From Ancylonema sp. (lineage: Eukaryota), in the NCBI GenBank assembly GCA_050230475.1, contig JBFLGF010000152.1, positions 1 through 64,000 of the forward strand: DNA of 64,000 bases. Direction: 5' to 3'. Position 1 is the stretch's first letter. Every line of letters starts with the position of its first letter. The position numbers and the translations under genes are program-made. This document shows, piece after piece, positions 1 through 12,362 of this stretch. Below the pieces are notes generated by a model. The model was given only the letters and a program-made list of their open reading frames with translations, ran no database searches and was not told where the DNA came from.

Positions 1-460
1 TCCCTAAAAAAAATACAGTGGTCTGAGGGGGAGCTGATGGGGGGCAATGTGGAAGAGGTCCCACGGTTTTTGGATGAGAGGGGACAGATGTTTGCCTTTG
101 GCAATGAGGAATCTGGTAATAGCACAACATAGAGATAAAACCAAGTTTTGGAAGGTGAGGGGGGGGGAGCTAGGATAAACCCGAGCCAAGAATATCAATA
201 AGGGATTTTGTCTTGATCAAAAGCAAAAAGGCATTGGATATCAAAACACATCCACAGGTGCTCAAAGTGGTGAAGTTTCGGGAGTCAAGAGTGGTGGTCC
301 TCTAGGGCAGGACTGGGGTACGCGTGCTAGAACAGAATAAAAATTTGGCACCATGTTCTCTGCCAGTGAAGGATGTAGGGATGCAGCGAGAACGGTACAG
401 CATCAACGATTTCGTATTCTGTAGGGAGTGTGGGGGCACGGAATAGGAAAAGGCAATTTT
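1..460 (-). mobile_element. Possible highly decayed LINE 3' region
   Basis: Minus-strand remnants CPRG....PET and FEHLWMC in adjacent frames resemble a CxxC..ETxxHL..C knuckle. There is no other support. Confidence 0.25.
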
Positions 461-941
461 AATATGTGACAAACTCCTGTAGGGATATCACTACTAGTGT
501 CTTACACCAAGGTTGGGGGGAAATCAGAAGGGGAATTCATTCAAAAAACAAAAATACCAAAAAAAAAAGAAAAAAAAAAAAGACGGATTTGACGTGCGCA
601 AGAGATTGTCGTCAACTTTGGGGGGGGGGGAGAGAATTTGAAACATTAGTAAATCAATTTAGTATTTGGGGGGAATACGGCTGAGGGATAGTATGAATAA
701 ATTTGCAGGGTATTTTCGGTGACATAGGGTTTCGGATGAGGCGCTTTGGGCAGAAAGCAATTTGCGCCGGGTGTTGCGCCACGCGACTAGATACAGTACA
801 ACAGCTGTCGGGCGGGATTCGTCCAGAACGGTATAACGGGAAATAAAAAATACATTCGTTATTAATAATATAGGTCATACAAAAATATGATAAAAATAAT
901 ATTATATATCTATTAAATCTAAATAATATTAAAAACATAGA

Positions 942-993
942 AAATATTACAAATATTATAAATATTATAAATATTATAAATACTATAAATATT
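942..993. repeat. AT-rich 9-bp tandem repeat (aaatattat)n
   Basis: About 5-6 imperfect units visible directly. Confidence 0.8.
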
Positions 994-1164
994 AAAAAGG
1001 AAAAAATATATGTTCAAAATCCGTATGTTAATTTAGTTTGCCTCGGTGACATTTTTGTACATTTTTGTACAAAATGTGACGGGTTATCAAAAGAGTAGCA
1101 GGACGAAGTTAAGTAAGGTTCACTGCAGAACATTCCAAAAACTTGGAACCCTGAAGCACTCGGG

Positions 1165-2265
1165 TTGACTGCTGTCCTCTGCAAGGAGGGTATTGAGAGG
1201 GGTGGGCGATGCTACCGCAAACGCTATCCTCCGATCACCCTGTCTTTCTCTCTCAGATGTCCCTCAACTTGTGCTCAGATCGTAGCCTCAGCTCTTCCAG
1301 TTCGGAGTCCTGCTGGGCTGCGCATAAAAATTAAACAGCTCTTATCGCGAGAACGCAGCAACAGCGCCTGCAAAAGAAATCGGCACGATAAAATATGGCA
1401 ACCAGTCCGCTTTTCGCGGTGTACTGCGTCGATAAACCATACAAACACAACGCAACGTAGTCTCACCACCAGTACCACATGCTCCATTGAGGCAGAGCAT
1501 AGAGGAGACCCAAATGTCATCGCAGAAGACGTTATACAGAGGGTGGTGGCTCGCGTTTGTAAATTGGTCATTAGTTTTTTTCAGACGACCTTTTCTCCTA
1601 TTGTCTGTGGAATCCTCAAACCTGTTCCAGGGTCAGATCTTCTTTCGACTAGGCTAGGCTTACCTGGAAGCAGGCTGCTGGTGAGCGCAATACCGCTGAT
1701 CTTTGCCGCTGCCACCCAATCCACAACTGTAAATACGCCACTGACAGTCATCGCCAGCGCTATGTCGAAGTGGCTTGAGCTGTATGGTGGTCTGCTTTTC
1801 ATTCGAGTGCTGCTGAGCTGGTTCCCAAACATTGACTGGGAGCGGCAGCCAATGATGGCTGTGCGTGACATGTGTGATCCATACCTCAACCTCTACCGCA
1901 ACATCTTGGTAATTTTTCCTCCCTTTTTTTTTTGAGAACCAGCCTATCTCAGATGCGACTTTGTGATCCAGTGTCATTCTTCGAAAAAAGTCATCTGAAT
2001 GTCCCTCGCGTCTACAAGGGAGTAGGCTCCTGTGCGGGTACTCATGCTTGGTCATCCCTCACTTTTTCCATGTAGTGTACTCGCTAGAAGATGCTATGTG
2101 TCGGTGGCAATATCCCCCTGTTTGATGATTAAGAACGTTTTCATGTTCTGTCCTTCCTGTGCGGCTTCGCAGCCCCCATTGATGGGAGTGCTGGACTTGA
2201 GCCCCATGCTGGCTTTTCTGGTGCTCGGAATCTTGACCTCCATCCTGAATACCAGCATTGCTTAA
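1165..2265 (+). CDS. YLMG1: YGGT-family (YlmG/YLMG1-like) plastid membrane protein, at least 2 exons; start codon unresolved
   Basis: YGGT motif LLFIRVLLSWFPNIDW..QPM.AVRDMCDPYLNLYRNIL, GT-AG intron 1909-2172, then PPLMGVLDLSPMLAFLVLGIL ending at TAA 2265. The upstream open frame is S/T/R-rich but has no in-frame ATG before about 1762. Confidence 0.85.
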
Positions 2266-2815
2266 AGAGATGGTGGTGTGGAGGTAGGAGGTGAGCTAGG
2301 GGAAGAGCGAATGCGTAGATTCGCGTGGAGTAACTACAAACGATTGGATTGTGAAGCCCACCGCATTTTATTGTTGGTGTCTGCTCGTAGCGGGCAGATG
2401 ACTGAGGCAGCTATTGCGAGCTATATTGTATGTAGCGAAACTGCACACTGTTTTTAAATTGAAGGCACCTAAGGTTATGTAAAGACTTGTTTCTGTTGTA
2501 CATCGACATCAAGTTTGCATACATGTAAATTCCACAGCTGGATAACTAAGATGATCGGAGTTAAGCGTTGATCATTCATTGCAGCCAAGAATGTCAAGTT
2601 CTTTTGTGAAATATGCCACGTTGCTTTCAAATTTATACAAATACATACCAAAAATATTGTCGGGGTGTTCCATCATCGTCACTGTTGGTTTAAAGTGGCC
2701 AACCATTCTAGATTCGGTTATCCTAATGAGGTCCTCAAGGTAATCAAAGTCCAGGTACGTCTTGAAAAAGCAGACTAAGTCAGGAATGAGTTCGCCCCAT
2801 TTTGTAGATACTGCT

Positions 2816-4308
2816 TCAGACATGATACAATTCCTTTGCGTTCCTCCCTTTCGATTCTTCATCCTGCCATAGAAGATAAACACAGGTGGCACTCCAGTTC
2901 AAATCAGGTCGATCAGACATGGGTCATCCAGCATACAATGCCACTAGCTCACTGTCTGCTACTTGACACTAGGGAGGAGCTCAATAGCGTGGCAACCAGG
3001 GCAAAGCAGCGAGTGTGAGTGGAAACAACATTCAACTTGCCTAGGACACCTAGACAACCTGACACAAACTACTTTTCTGCGGAAACGTAAACACCATTAT
3101 GAATTCTATCATATTCAGTCTCTTTCTAAAAGGGGGCCCGTGACTCTTACAGCAAAGGATGTGAATCCCATGTCCTCGTTCAAGTTGAGAAATTCTTTCC
3201 ACTGTTTCCCCACGCTCATCTGCGATCCACACAATAGACCCACAAACCACCAATATGAGGATATTTCCATCAAACATAAATTTGGAGTCATTACTTCCAA
3301 TACAGTACTGCCCATTATCACCCAGGTGTACATCTACCCATCTGTATCTTCATTGTCCATACGCTGCAGATATTTGCCATCCTTCTCAGCCAAGCAGATG
3401 GCATTTGCCATGCACCCCTACATCACACCATGTTGTTCACACTCGCATACCCCATACCTGCGCTGTCCTGTTGTCAGCAGTTTTGGTCCATAATGCCATC
3501 CTCTCCTGTTTTGGTCGCACAGATGCCACAGCCCCACAGATCTCGTCGTACTCCTCAAACTGCTCGCCAATCATGGCCATTAGCTGCATGAAGAAGAGAT
3601 GTACCCGATGAGAAGGTGCTTGAACAGGCAGTGAGAGATGAGTCTGTCGCACCGTATTCAGCCAGTAGGTGTCCAGCAGCTGCTTATTCTTATTGGGAAC
3701 CACCACCTTCCACGAACCACCCATCTTGTTGGCACGGTCCTCCCACTTTGGCTCAATGCCGGATTTGAAGCAATGGAAGTCCGCCCCTATCACCAGCTTG
3801 CTGGGGGTGATCACGTTGTTATACAAACTGGAGGCTCACCAACAGGACCAAGAGTCATTGTCAACCTACCAAGTACGGAGGATTCAGTGTAATGGCCACC
3901 GCACCCTTTTCCCAAAACATTTGAGGTGACTACATGGTTAATTGCATTATACTCTCACTCCAGACAATATCGTAGCGAAGAATGTTAGCCTGTGAAGAAT
4001 ATCAGCTACGTGGGTCACACGGACAGTACACAAGTATTGATGAAAAACTCTGCACCACGATCATCCCCACAACACATCATGTTGTAAGGCTTGCATTGTT
4101 CGTGATGGAACACTCACCACCAAAATTCCTCGACAGTCCTAAAGGTATATACAGCACGTAACGACTTTCCCCACTCTGCCTTGTTAGACCCTCGAGCCTG
4201 CGGGTTGTCGAACCAAAAAGTCCAACCATGCTGTAACGGATGCCTCTGAAGGGGCTGTAAACTATCAGCTTCTTTTACAGGGGTGATCTCTCCTTCTTCT
4301 TTCTCAGT
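2816..4308 (-). CDS. eIF4E: Class I eukaryotic translation initiation factor 4E, 5' end missing at the N (4309)
   Basis: Exons 4308-4118, 3827-3653, 3583-3458, 3219-3151 and 2863-2816 splice in frame via GT-AG. They give [61 protein letters not shown] and a final [15 protein letters not shown]. Confidence 0.93.
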
Positions 4309-4310
4309 NA

Positions 4311-7001
4311 CATCGTCGAAAGCGACACAGCCAAAGCCATAAGGCACACCGAGACGGCGCTGAATGGCTGCATACTTTGCCCGACTCATGCTCATCCAGT
4401 ACTTCGTCGATATTTTTACGTCATCCCCGAGTAGGACGTTGTTGTCAAATGCTTCATCATAGGCTTTCCTGGTCGCTTTTCTCCACATTTCACATATTCT
4501 TGCGGCGGGACGATTGTCTACAGAAGGTCGCGGAGCTGGAGGATTGTAATACATCGGTTCTCGGAAAATAATCCGAGTGTCACGAAGGGACTCCTGTAGT
4601 CTGTCGATCATGCTGCTCTCATTTGTGTCCCTCGAGTCGTAAACCAAATCCTCCTTGTCGAGACAAAGAAACACGTGTATGTCGAATTCTGGGCTTGCTA
4701 GCGTGAGACCTTTGGACACTTGCGAAATTTCTGAAAGACACTCGTATGTTCCCTTGTGTCCTCCTGAACTTGTTGTTGGGAGGACCACGCATACCTTCTC
4801 TTTCTGGTGACCATCGATTTCAAGAATTGTGCCACTTTTCACAGCCATGTTCTTACTGCTGTGTTTGTCAAGCCCTGATGAAGCAGTGAGATGGAAAGTT
4901 GGCTTGAATGATGTTGAAAGCTTTCACTAACAGACATACTTCTTATGCAACACTCACCCCTTGCCCACCCAAAGAACCTCGCGTAGTCTCTCTTCCCTTC
5001 TTTCCACCAAGGGTGTGTCACCACGGCTTGGGGGACCGGTCTCATCGGCCACTTCTCAAACTAGAGGCAAAAATGGACGTCTTCGCCGCCACCGGTCTTT
5101 GGGAAGAGATCCTCGAATCGGTGGCGTGCGCGACGGACGGCAAGATTCGCAGTTGTACACCATGGCACCCAGTCTAGCTTCCCCGCAATTCCAAACCAGA
5201 AGTTGAGGAATGACATATCCACAGGAGCTGTAAATTGTGTCGGAGGAGGGCGCGGGAACAAAATAGTCTCGGCAAAGCCTTGCAATTGCGGTACATTTAT
5301 GAACAATGAGTGTGGAGAGAACACATGGACGTATTGCAATAAGAGGAAATAAACATATCGACAATTATCGGCGACTCTCTTACTGTCTCTCCGTGATTCC
5401 TGATCTCGCTGTCGTAAACCGACAACAGATCCCCTCGTGGCTCAATGTCGTCATCGAGAAATACGACCCAATCGGCGCTCGACTCGTCTAGCCCGCGATT
5501 TCGCGAAACAGCCGCCCCGGACTTAGTCAGGTTGCTCCTAACCCGGATGGAGCCCAATGTGTAATGTTCCTCAATTTTTTTGATTTCTTTCTCGTTCTGG
5601 TGGCCTGGGTTGTCGATAATGATGATAAACTGGTCGAGACACGCATAATTGCTTCGCTCAGTATGCCAACAATCTCCAATCTTGGTACTAGAGAAAGTGC
5701 TGAATAACTGTATATATTTTCAAAGCAGATCTGCCATGTTCGGCACAAAAAAAATTAAGGCACCACGTAGAACAAAACCAAATATCGACCCTTATGTCAC
5801 AGTCTTAGAAAACACGGTGACCGATCGACCCTACTAGATCCTTGTCTCTTTAAACTCAACTACTTTCGTCACATACATAGATTCTTAACGTCTTTCTACA
5901 TGTCGATATCTCCACATCAATCGCAGATTAGGCAAAAAGGTGTTAAAACTTACTTGTGTCGAGGAGTCCTCGGGAACCGCCAGTGATACAATACCTCTCA
6001 GTATCCGGACGTCACACCTGTAGCATGGAATGACGACATCCATGACGAGAAATTTCTTAATTTTGATGCCTTCTCTTTCGAGGAAGCTGTCGACGTGAGC
6101 GACCCCTTCCTCTAGAACTTCGTGCTTCCAATCCACCGACAGCGGGGTGTACCTGGCCATAGGGCATCTCCCGTCATGGTTTTTAATCAAACACGAAGGT
6201 GTAGGGTGCCTCAGACAATTCAATCAATTTTAGAAAGTGAAATGTGAAATGCTGACGGGGGTGATTAAGGTGGTACTTGGTTGGTTACTACCTGAGTGTA
6301 CTTCCTGAACAGGAGGAGGTAACGGCAAGGTGTATGCAATCGAGGACCAACCTGGGGTGATTTGAGCCTCCGACGCCATTGCTGAGTCGGCACTCCCGTG
6401 CGATAACAGACGCGCCCCATCGTCTGTACACGTCATACAGATAGGGATCGCCATCCTGGTTTACGAATACCTCTGGTATCATCAAGCCGTTAAAAATATC
6501 CATATGCGTTCTATGCATGACGGAGAAAGTCGGAAATGCTCGGAAATTTTGCACAAACATGAGCAAGACCCTTGAAGGATGGTGCCGTGATTCCAGGTTC
6601 ATTTATGCAATGGTGGATGATGTCCATACCGCAATCAGCAGTACCAATAGATCCGACAGCCACCATCAAATCGAGAAGCGATATTGATCCCACAGACAAC
6701 CAGCCAACACAATTGAAATTTCTGCCGGAGTTGGACATGTTCGGTAAGTAAAGGTGGGATGAAGGTCCATCACTGCCCCGTCGCCTAAAAAAGTGAAATA
6801 TGTTGAAGGGAGTCAAAACAAATATGTATCCAGCTGGATTTGAACATGTACAACTACTATTATACACTAGTGGTCATCCATCGATTTTTGCAAGGAAACC
6901 AAAAAGATAATAATGTTCCTGATATTCACACTATGGAATTGTTGGTGTGTTGTTGAACACATTAAGTTCGGAACAAATGTTGTCGCGGCCACCTCAAGTG
7001 G
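4311..7001. repeat. Near-identical, block-scrambled duplicate of the glycosyltransferase locus at 12589-15355
   Basis: 4311-4890 = 14776-15355; 4891-6550 = 13116-14775; 6551-7001 = 12589-13039. All blocks have the same orientation and identical ORF translations, except one visible substitution (6524 a vs 14749 g). Confidence 0.95.
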
Positions 7002-7108
7002 AACTCCATGCCTCTTTGCTGCCCCTTCTGCACATGGAAATGCAGCACCTGCTCCACCAGGCTTCTTGAAGCATGCTACCACCACCCACCCTTGTCGCCA
7101 CATTCACT

Positions 7109-9607
7109 TTAACCCTCGCCCGAGTAAGCAGTGAGATTAGATTTGCGCGCCATTTTTTCCAAATTGAACTCCAACTCCACCAGCTTCTGCTCATTCTCAC
7201 AAACCACCGAAAACAGAGTCTTCCAAGGCACCCCCACCACTCTCGCGCAGGTGTGCACGGCAACAAAGAAGTCGGCATGAGCCACAGCCTCACTGAAAAT
7301 GCGTGGACCTACGAAGGAGGTGTACCTCACGTACTGCCCCCTCCTAAGCTCCTGCCCCCACCCCTCCACCCACTGCACACCTTCACCACCCGACCTCCTG
7401 CCACCCACCACCCACCATTCACCATCCGCCGTTCATCCTACCTCCTCCATCGGCGGCGCTCGGACACAGCCCACCCGCTTCATCTCCTCCGCAATGCTTT
7501 CCCTCCCTCTCAGCGCCGCCTCCCACTCCTCCTTTCCTTTGCCACCCTCCCCCCCCGCCGATTGTTGGAAAGCCTTCCACAGCTTCGTGCTCTGGTCTGC
7601 CATGTTCGAGGAGCAGCTCATGCTCCGCAGCACAAATTTGTGGCAGTATTCCAAATACTCTTCCACCTCGCTCCTCGAGTAGGAGGCTCCTCCGGCTGCA
7701 CACTCTCCAGGAAAGGAGGCCACCCTGCGCCGCACCCCCAGTCCAAGCACCATCTCTTGCTGTTCCTCCACCGACGCCCCCTCCCACTCGCCCCCTCCAC
7801 CTGTGTCATCCGCCCTCGCCCAGCAACCGTTTCCAAAGAGGCTCACCCTCGTCCCCTCCTCCAACCCCCTCCACTTGCACCAACCAGCCGGCTGCTGGAC
7901 TGTACAGGGGTACTTCTGGGCGCCCGGGGGGGTCCCCCCACCCTCGCTGAAGGCGGTGGTGAGGCCACAGTGCAGTTTGAGGGCGAGCAGCACCAGGGCC
8001 ATGACGGTGACGCGGGCAGGCACCGCACCCACCCACGTGGTCATCCACAGGGAGGAGGGGACCAATAAGTCCATCAGACGCTCCACGATCGGCACCAGGG
8101 GGGCGAGGGGGAGGCAAAGGTCCTGCAGGAATCTGATGGCAAGGAGGTGGTAGTTGACAGGTGGCAAATCGAGGGCCAGCTTGGAGGCCACCTCTGCCCC
8201 CCAGAACTCAATTTTGCGAGCAGAGCAGAAGCTGATTGGTCTCATGACCCCGTGCTCCCGGAGCACCTGCAGCAGTCGGTCCAGTTCGGGCAGCCCCGAA
8301 AAGTTTCGAGGATCTGGCAGCAGCTTCCATGCTGCCATGTATGGGAGGCGGTTCTCGAGTTGCAACTGAACCAGGTCGGTGGGCAGAACCGGTTCCCTCA
8401 GCCAATGGCAGGCCAGGAACAGGATGGCCAAAGTGACTGCCAGGGGTATCCGCCTGCCACGAGGAGAAGGGCATGAGGTGAGTGGGCGCCAACCCTTGAC
8501 CCTACCTGCCTCATGCCTCCTGCCTCATGCCTCATGCCTCACAATTTCATTTCGGAGACCCACACGTGAGCGTACGTTCCTCCATGGGGGGCCTTTGCAT
8601 TGTGCCAATCTGCGAACTTGCAACCCTCGCCCATCCCTGCTCCTGTGTTGTCCTCCTGCCCCCCCCCTTCCTCAAAAAGGTTGGGCTCCTCCTCGACCCC
8701 CTCATCGCCCTCTTGCACCATGTCCCCTGCATCACCGTCCCCACCACCTCTGCTCGTGCCCTCTCCCCCTTGCATCTCCTCAGCCTCCGCGCTCTCCTCG
8801 CCCTTCCGCTTGCAAGCCGTGTCTCTCTCTTTCCGTCTGCGCACCCTCTCCTCCACTGAAGTATGGACAAAACTGGGATCGAGAACTTCACTCTTCTCCA
8901 CAAACTTGAGCCACATCTCGCCTGCTACACCTGTCAGCTGATCACTGACTCCCATCTCCTTGATCAGCACTTGGCACTGCCATTCCAGAATGGTCTGAAG
9001 GTAGTCGCAGTAAGCCAAAGACAGCGCGAGTGCCTGCCACATAAGCCAGCCCATCATTCAGATCGAATCAAAGACACTTTGTGCAGACTATTAATGACCA
9101 AACAACATATTGCATCCGCAAACGATTTTATTTGCAACTCCAGCTCAAGAACTGCGTTTCCAAGACTGCCTGACTCCTCTTTTCCCTTTCTATCTCGTAT
9201 TACGTACAGGCAGGCACCGCTTTCCAGCCTCGCAACAAGTCCTGAGGATTTGATAGGTCTTCACTTCTTAATCGCTATCTGAAGAGCTGACATTATCTTT
9301 CAGTTCTCAAATACACACCAAGTCTTACCGCATCCTCTAGCCTTATACCCCTTAAATTCCTTTTGCTCTCTTTCTCAATCTCAGCCGCTTTTTCATCGTA
9401 TTTGCGCAACCTAACGCCTGACTCCCTGATGAACCCCGCCGCAGCAATGTTTCTGCTCATAAAAAGGGTGACGCCAGCAGCCTCATCTCCATGCGCCTCA
9501 TTCACAAAATCTTGACTCAAAGTGTTGCACCCGTTGCAGCGCATGGAACCCGTTTCATTGTCCACTTCATAATCGATGTTGAAACAGACTGTGCATACGA
9601 ACGCCAT
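7109..9607 (-). CDS. TAF1B: RNA polymerase I TBP-associated factor B (TAF1B/Rrn7, MEE12-like), about 4 exons
   Basis: N-terminal zinc ribbon MAFVCTVC..GSMRCNGCNTLSQ; LQTILEWQCQVLIKEMGV..MWLKFV; cyclin-fold motif TLAILFLACHWLREPVLPTDL..LPYMAAW. GT-AG introns; stop at 7109. Confidence 0.85.
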
Positions 9608-10760
9608 CGTGGTTACATGCAAGATTCCGAATGTAGTACTACCGGGCGAGCCGCTATTTGCAGATTCTTTCTCCGAATTATCATCGTTCCTTCTATTCCT
9701 TTTGAGAGGAGCTTTACTGATGGGCTTGTGTACACTGCTAAGCGCAGATGAATAGTGGAAGCATCTGACGACATCTGACCGACAATAATTATCTTCTGTA
9801 TCGCTCTTGGAAAGGGAAGGTACAGAGAGGGTAGCTTCGTCTTCTTGGGTAATTGCAACTGGCGAGGCGCGGGGTTAAAGACGTACACGGTATATTTTTG
9901 GAGTAGTTCAAAGGGTGATTTTTTGAAGTTTTAAAGAACCCCTCTGTTGACCAGTCGTGAAATTTCCCGCCAAACTTGTTTCGCCAAAACCTCATCTTGT
10001 AAACTCGAGCGTGCACATCACTTCCAACCTGACTGTCAAACGTAAACCACTCATTAGGGTCCTACAGCCCTTTCCTTCGAAAAAATTCGGTGTTTCTGCC
10101 AGCCATAGAGTCTGATATACAGTCAACATATCGTAAAACCCCTGGCACAAACTTCCCGTGACCCACATTACGATGAACATATCCTGTCCAGCTCCACTTC
10201 TAAGATGGCGATTTAATATATCCACTAGGCCAGAGCTGCCATTCACACGAAATCTTCACTCCCAGGCGAAAGGTGGTATACTTTGTGCGATGAGTACCTC
10301 GGGATCGCCGGCTTGTAGCAGAAAAGACTTCGCACCCAAACAAGGAGTTCAAGGTGGGATGCAAAGCTTGCAGGGACTATGAGGAAAGTACGGGTTTTTT
10401 TATAGCAGTATGCATTTCTCAACTCGCGTCTTCATGAATTTATTGGACGGTCAGCTGTGATTTATGCCAAGGGGCCTTTAAGCGGGTGAATTCGGGCCTT
10501 TTATCTTCATTCGCTCTCGGTTGGTCACGGGCGGGAATGGATACTACTACTTGTCTACGAAGACCATGCGCATGGTGTAGGAAGTGGTATTCTTCTGCAT
10601 GATACTGCATACCTAAAGGTGACAGTATCCCGAGGTAGTCGGTGTCATTATTCCGAAATCAGTAACCACAACCAGTAGAAACCACTGCTCAATTAATGCT
10701 CCCGTTCTCAACATCAATCCGATGTGTTGTTGCATCTTTCCTGTATTTTGGAAAATTCAG

Positions 10761-11902
10761 TAGTCACATCTCCAACTCCACGTGCTGTTCGCTGCTCGGC
10801 CTCCCCGGTCGTCATGGGCAAGCTGTTTGGGGAATCGTGTCACTTTGCCGTGGTGAGTGTCTCCTCTCTCGTACGTCGTTGTTCCTGTGGTAAGTGTGCA
10901 GGTGTGGTTGTGGCACACTCGGTCTCAGTGGGTACAATAATGTAGGCTCCGATTGAATCAGCTGAATTTCTTTCCACCTCCTCGTCTTAACCGCCTCGTC
11001 ATGCAGTGGGTCGACTCAGCTGTAGTTAATGAACGATTTATTACATTTTCGTGTGACTCAGAATTTGGCTGTCAAGTACGTGGCATTGCTGATGTGGCAT
11101 TGCTGATGTGGCAGTGCAGGTAGTCGCCAGATTCAACGAAAATGTAACCCGCTTGCTACTGGCTGGAGCTCTGGAAGCATTTGAGAGACATGGGGTTTCG
11201 GATTTTGACGTGGAGGTGCCCCCTCTCTCCCTTCTCCCCTCAGGGTGGGCGTGATGAGGTGTCCGTATTCATCGCTGTGTGTTGCTTTCAGGTGGTGTGG
11301 GTCCCGGGCTGCTTTGAGATTCCTATTGTGGCGCAAGAGATGGCCAAGTCCGGGAAGTTCGACGCAGTCCTGTGTATCGGAGCAGTGGTAAGTGGCCGTG
11401 TCTACGGGTGTGTACACAACGTTGAATGGCGGTGGGGGGTCTGTGGGGCTCAGATTCGCGGAGCCACTACTCACTATGAAGCGGTGGCAGGGGCAGCCGC
11501 AAGTGGGGTGCTCTCTGCCTCCTTGAACACAGGTTCGCCTGCGCACAGTCCGCTCCCATGTGACAGAGCCTCAGCTTGCCTCATGCTTGCCACTGTTACT
11601 CCCTCCTGACGCTGCGTCCAGGTGTTCCCATCATATTCGGAGTGCTGACAACAGAGAACCCAGAGCAGGCCTTGGACAGGGCAGGGGGGAAAGCCGGAAA
11701 TAAGGGGGCGGAGGCAGCTGTGACAGCAGTGAGATTTCTATTTCATTTTCATTCATTTCCGGTCGAATGCCACACTGATCACTGCGTGTGCCACACTTTG
11801 TTTCTTACGGCCTTTAATTGGTGCACGAGTTTGCAGATTGAAATGGCATCTTTGATGAAAACCCTGCGGGACAGCGGCGCAGCAGCTCGTCAAAAGATAT
11901 GA
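10761..11902 (+). CDS. ribH: 6,7-dimethyl-8-ribityllumazine synthase (riboflavin biosynthesis), plastid type; first exon unresolved
   Basis: Spliced exons read [95 protein letters not shown]. These are hallmark lumazine synthase motifs. Confidence 0.93.
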
Positions 11903-12362
11903 TCAGCTCCATTCTCGTAAGCATGCACACTGTTAGGCACCTCCTTCTCCTCCTTTCCTTGATAAGAGAAGTGGAGCACTGAAATCGAGGTACAATTACT
12001 ATTTTGAAGAGCTTACCATCTTTCACTTTGAGCTTCTTTCAAGACCAAGAGGTGAGTTTGGATGTCTCCATGTGGGTGGCGAGTGAGTGTGGTGTATGCC
12101 AGCATATCAATGTATCTTTCACCGTCACATCGACACCGCGGATGCAACCCGCGACTGCCGCTTGGCTTGCTACAGACTACCAAGAACTTCCACTTTGCGC
12201 TTCACACTCTCTTCAAGGGATGTATGAATAGTGCAAAGATGAAAATTGAGACATCGAAGCACGGCATAGTACAACACACAATACTTTTTTGTTCACCAAC
12301 AACATCACACCAACAATGTCTGGTTCATCGCATATGAATCACATTCACGAATCGCCTAAAAT

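Noticed and set aside
1051..1077. Palindrome ttttgtacaaaa with a 10-bp duplication
   Set aside because: Short and in AT-rich sequence, so expected by chance.
2572..2892. 106-aa minus-strand ORF with an ATG overlapping the eIF4E stop
   Set aside because: It lies in the eIF4E last exon and 3' UTR and has no recognisable motif, so it is probably incidental.
7073..8068. 331-aa plus-strand ORF
   Set aside because: Antisense shadow of the GC-rich TAF1B exons, with low-complexity Pro/His content.
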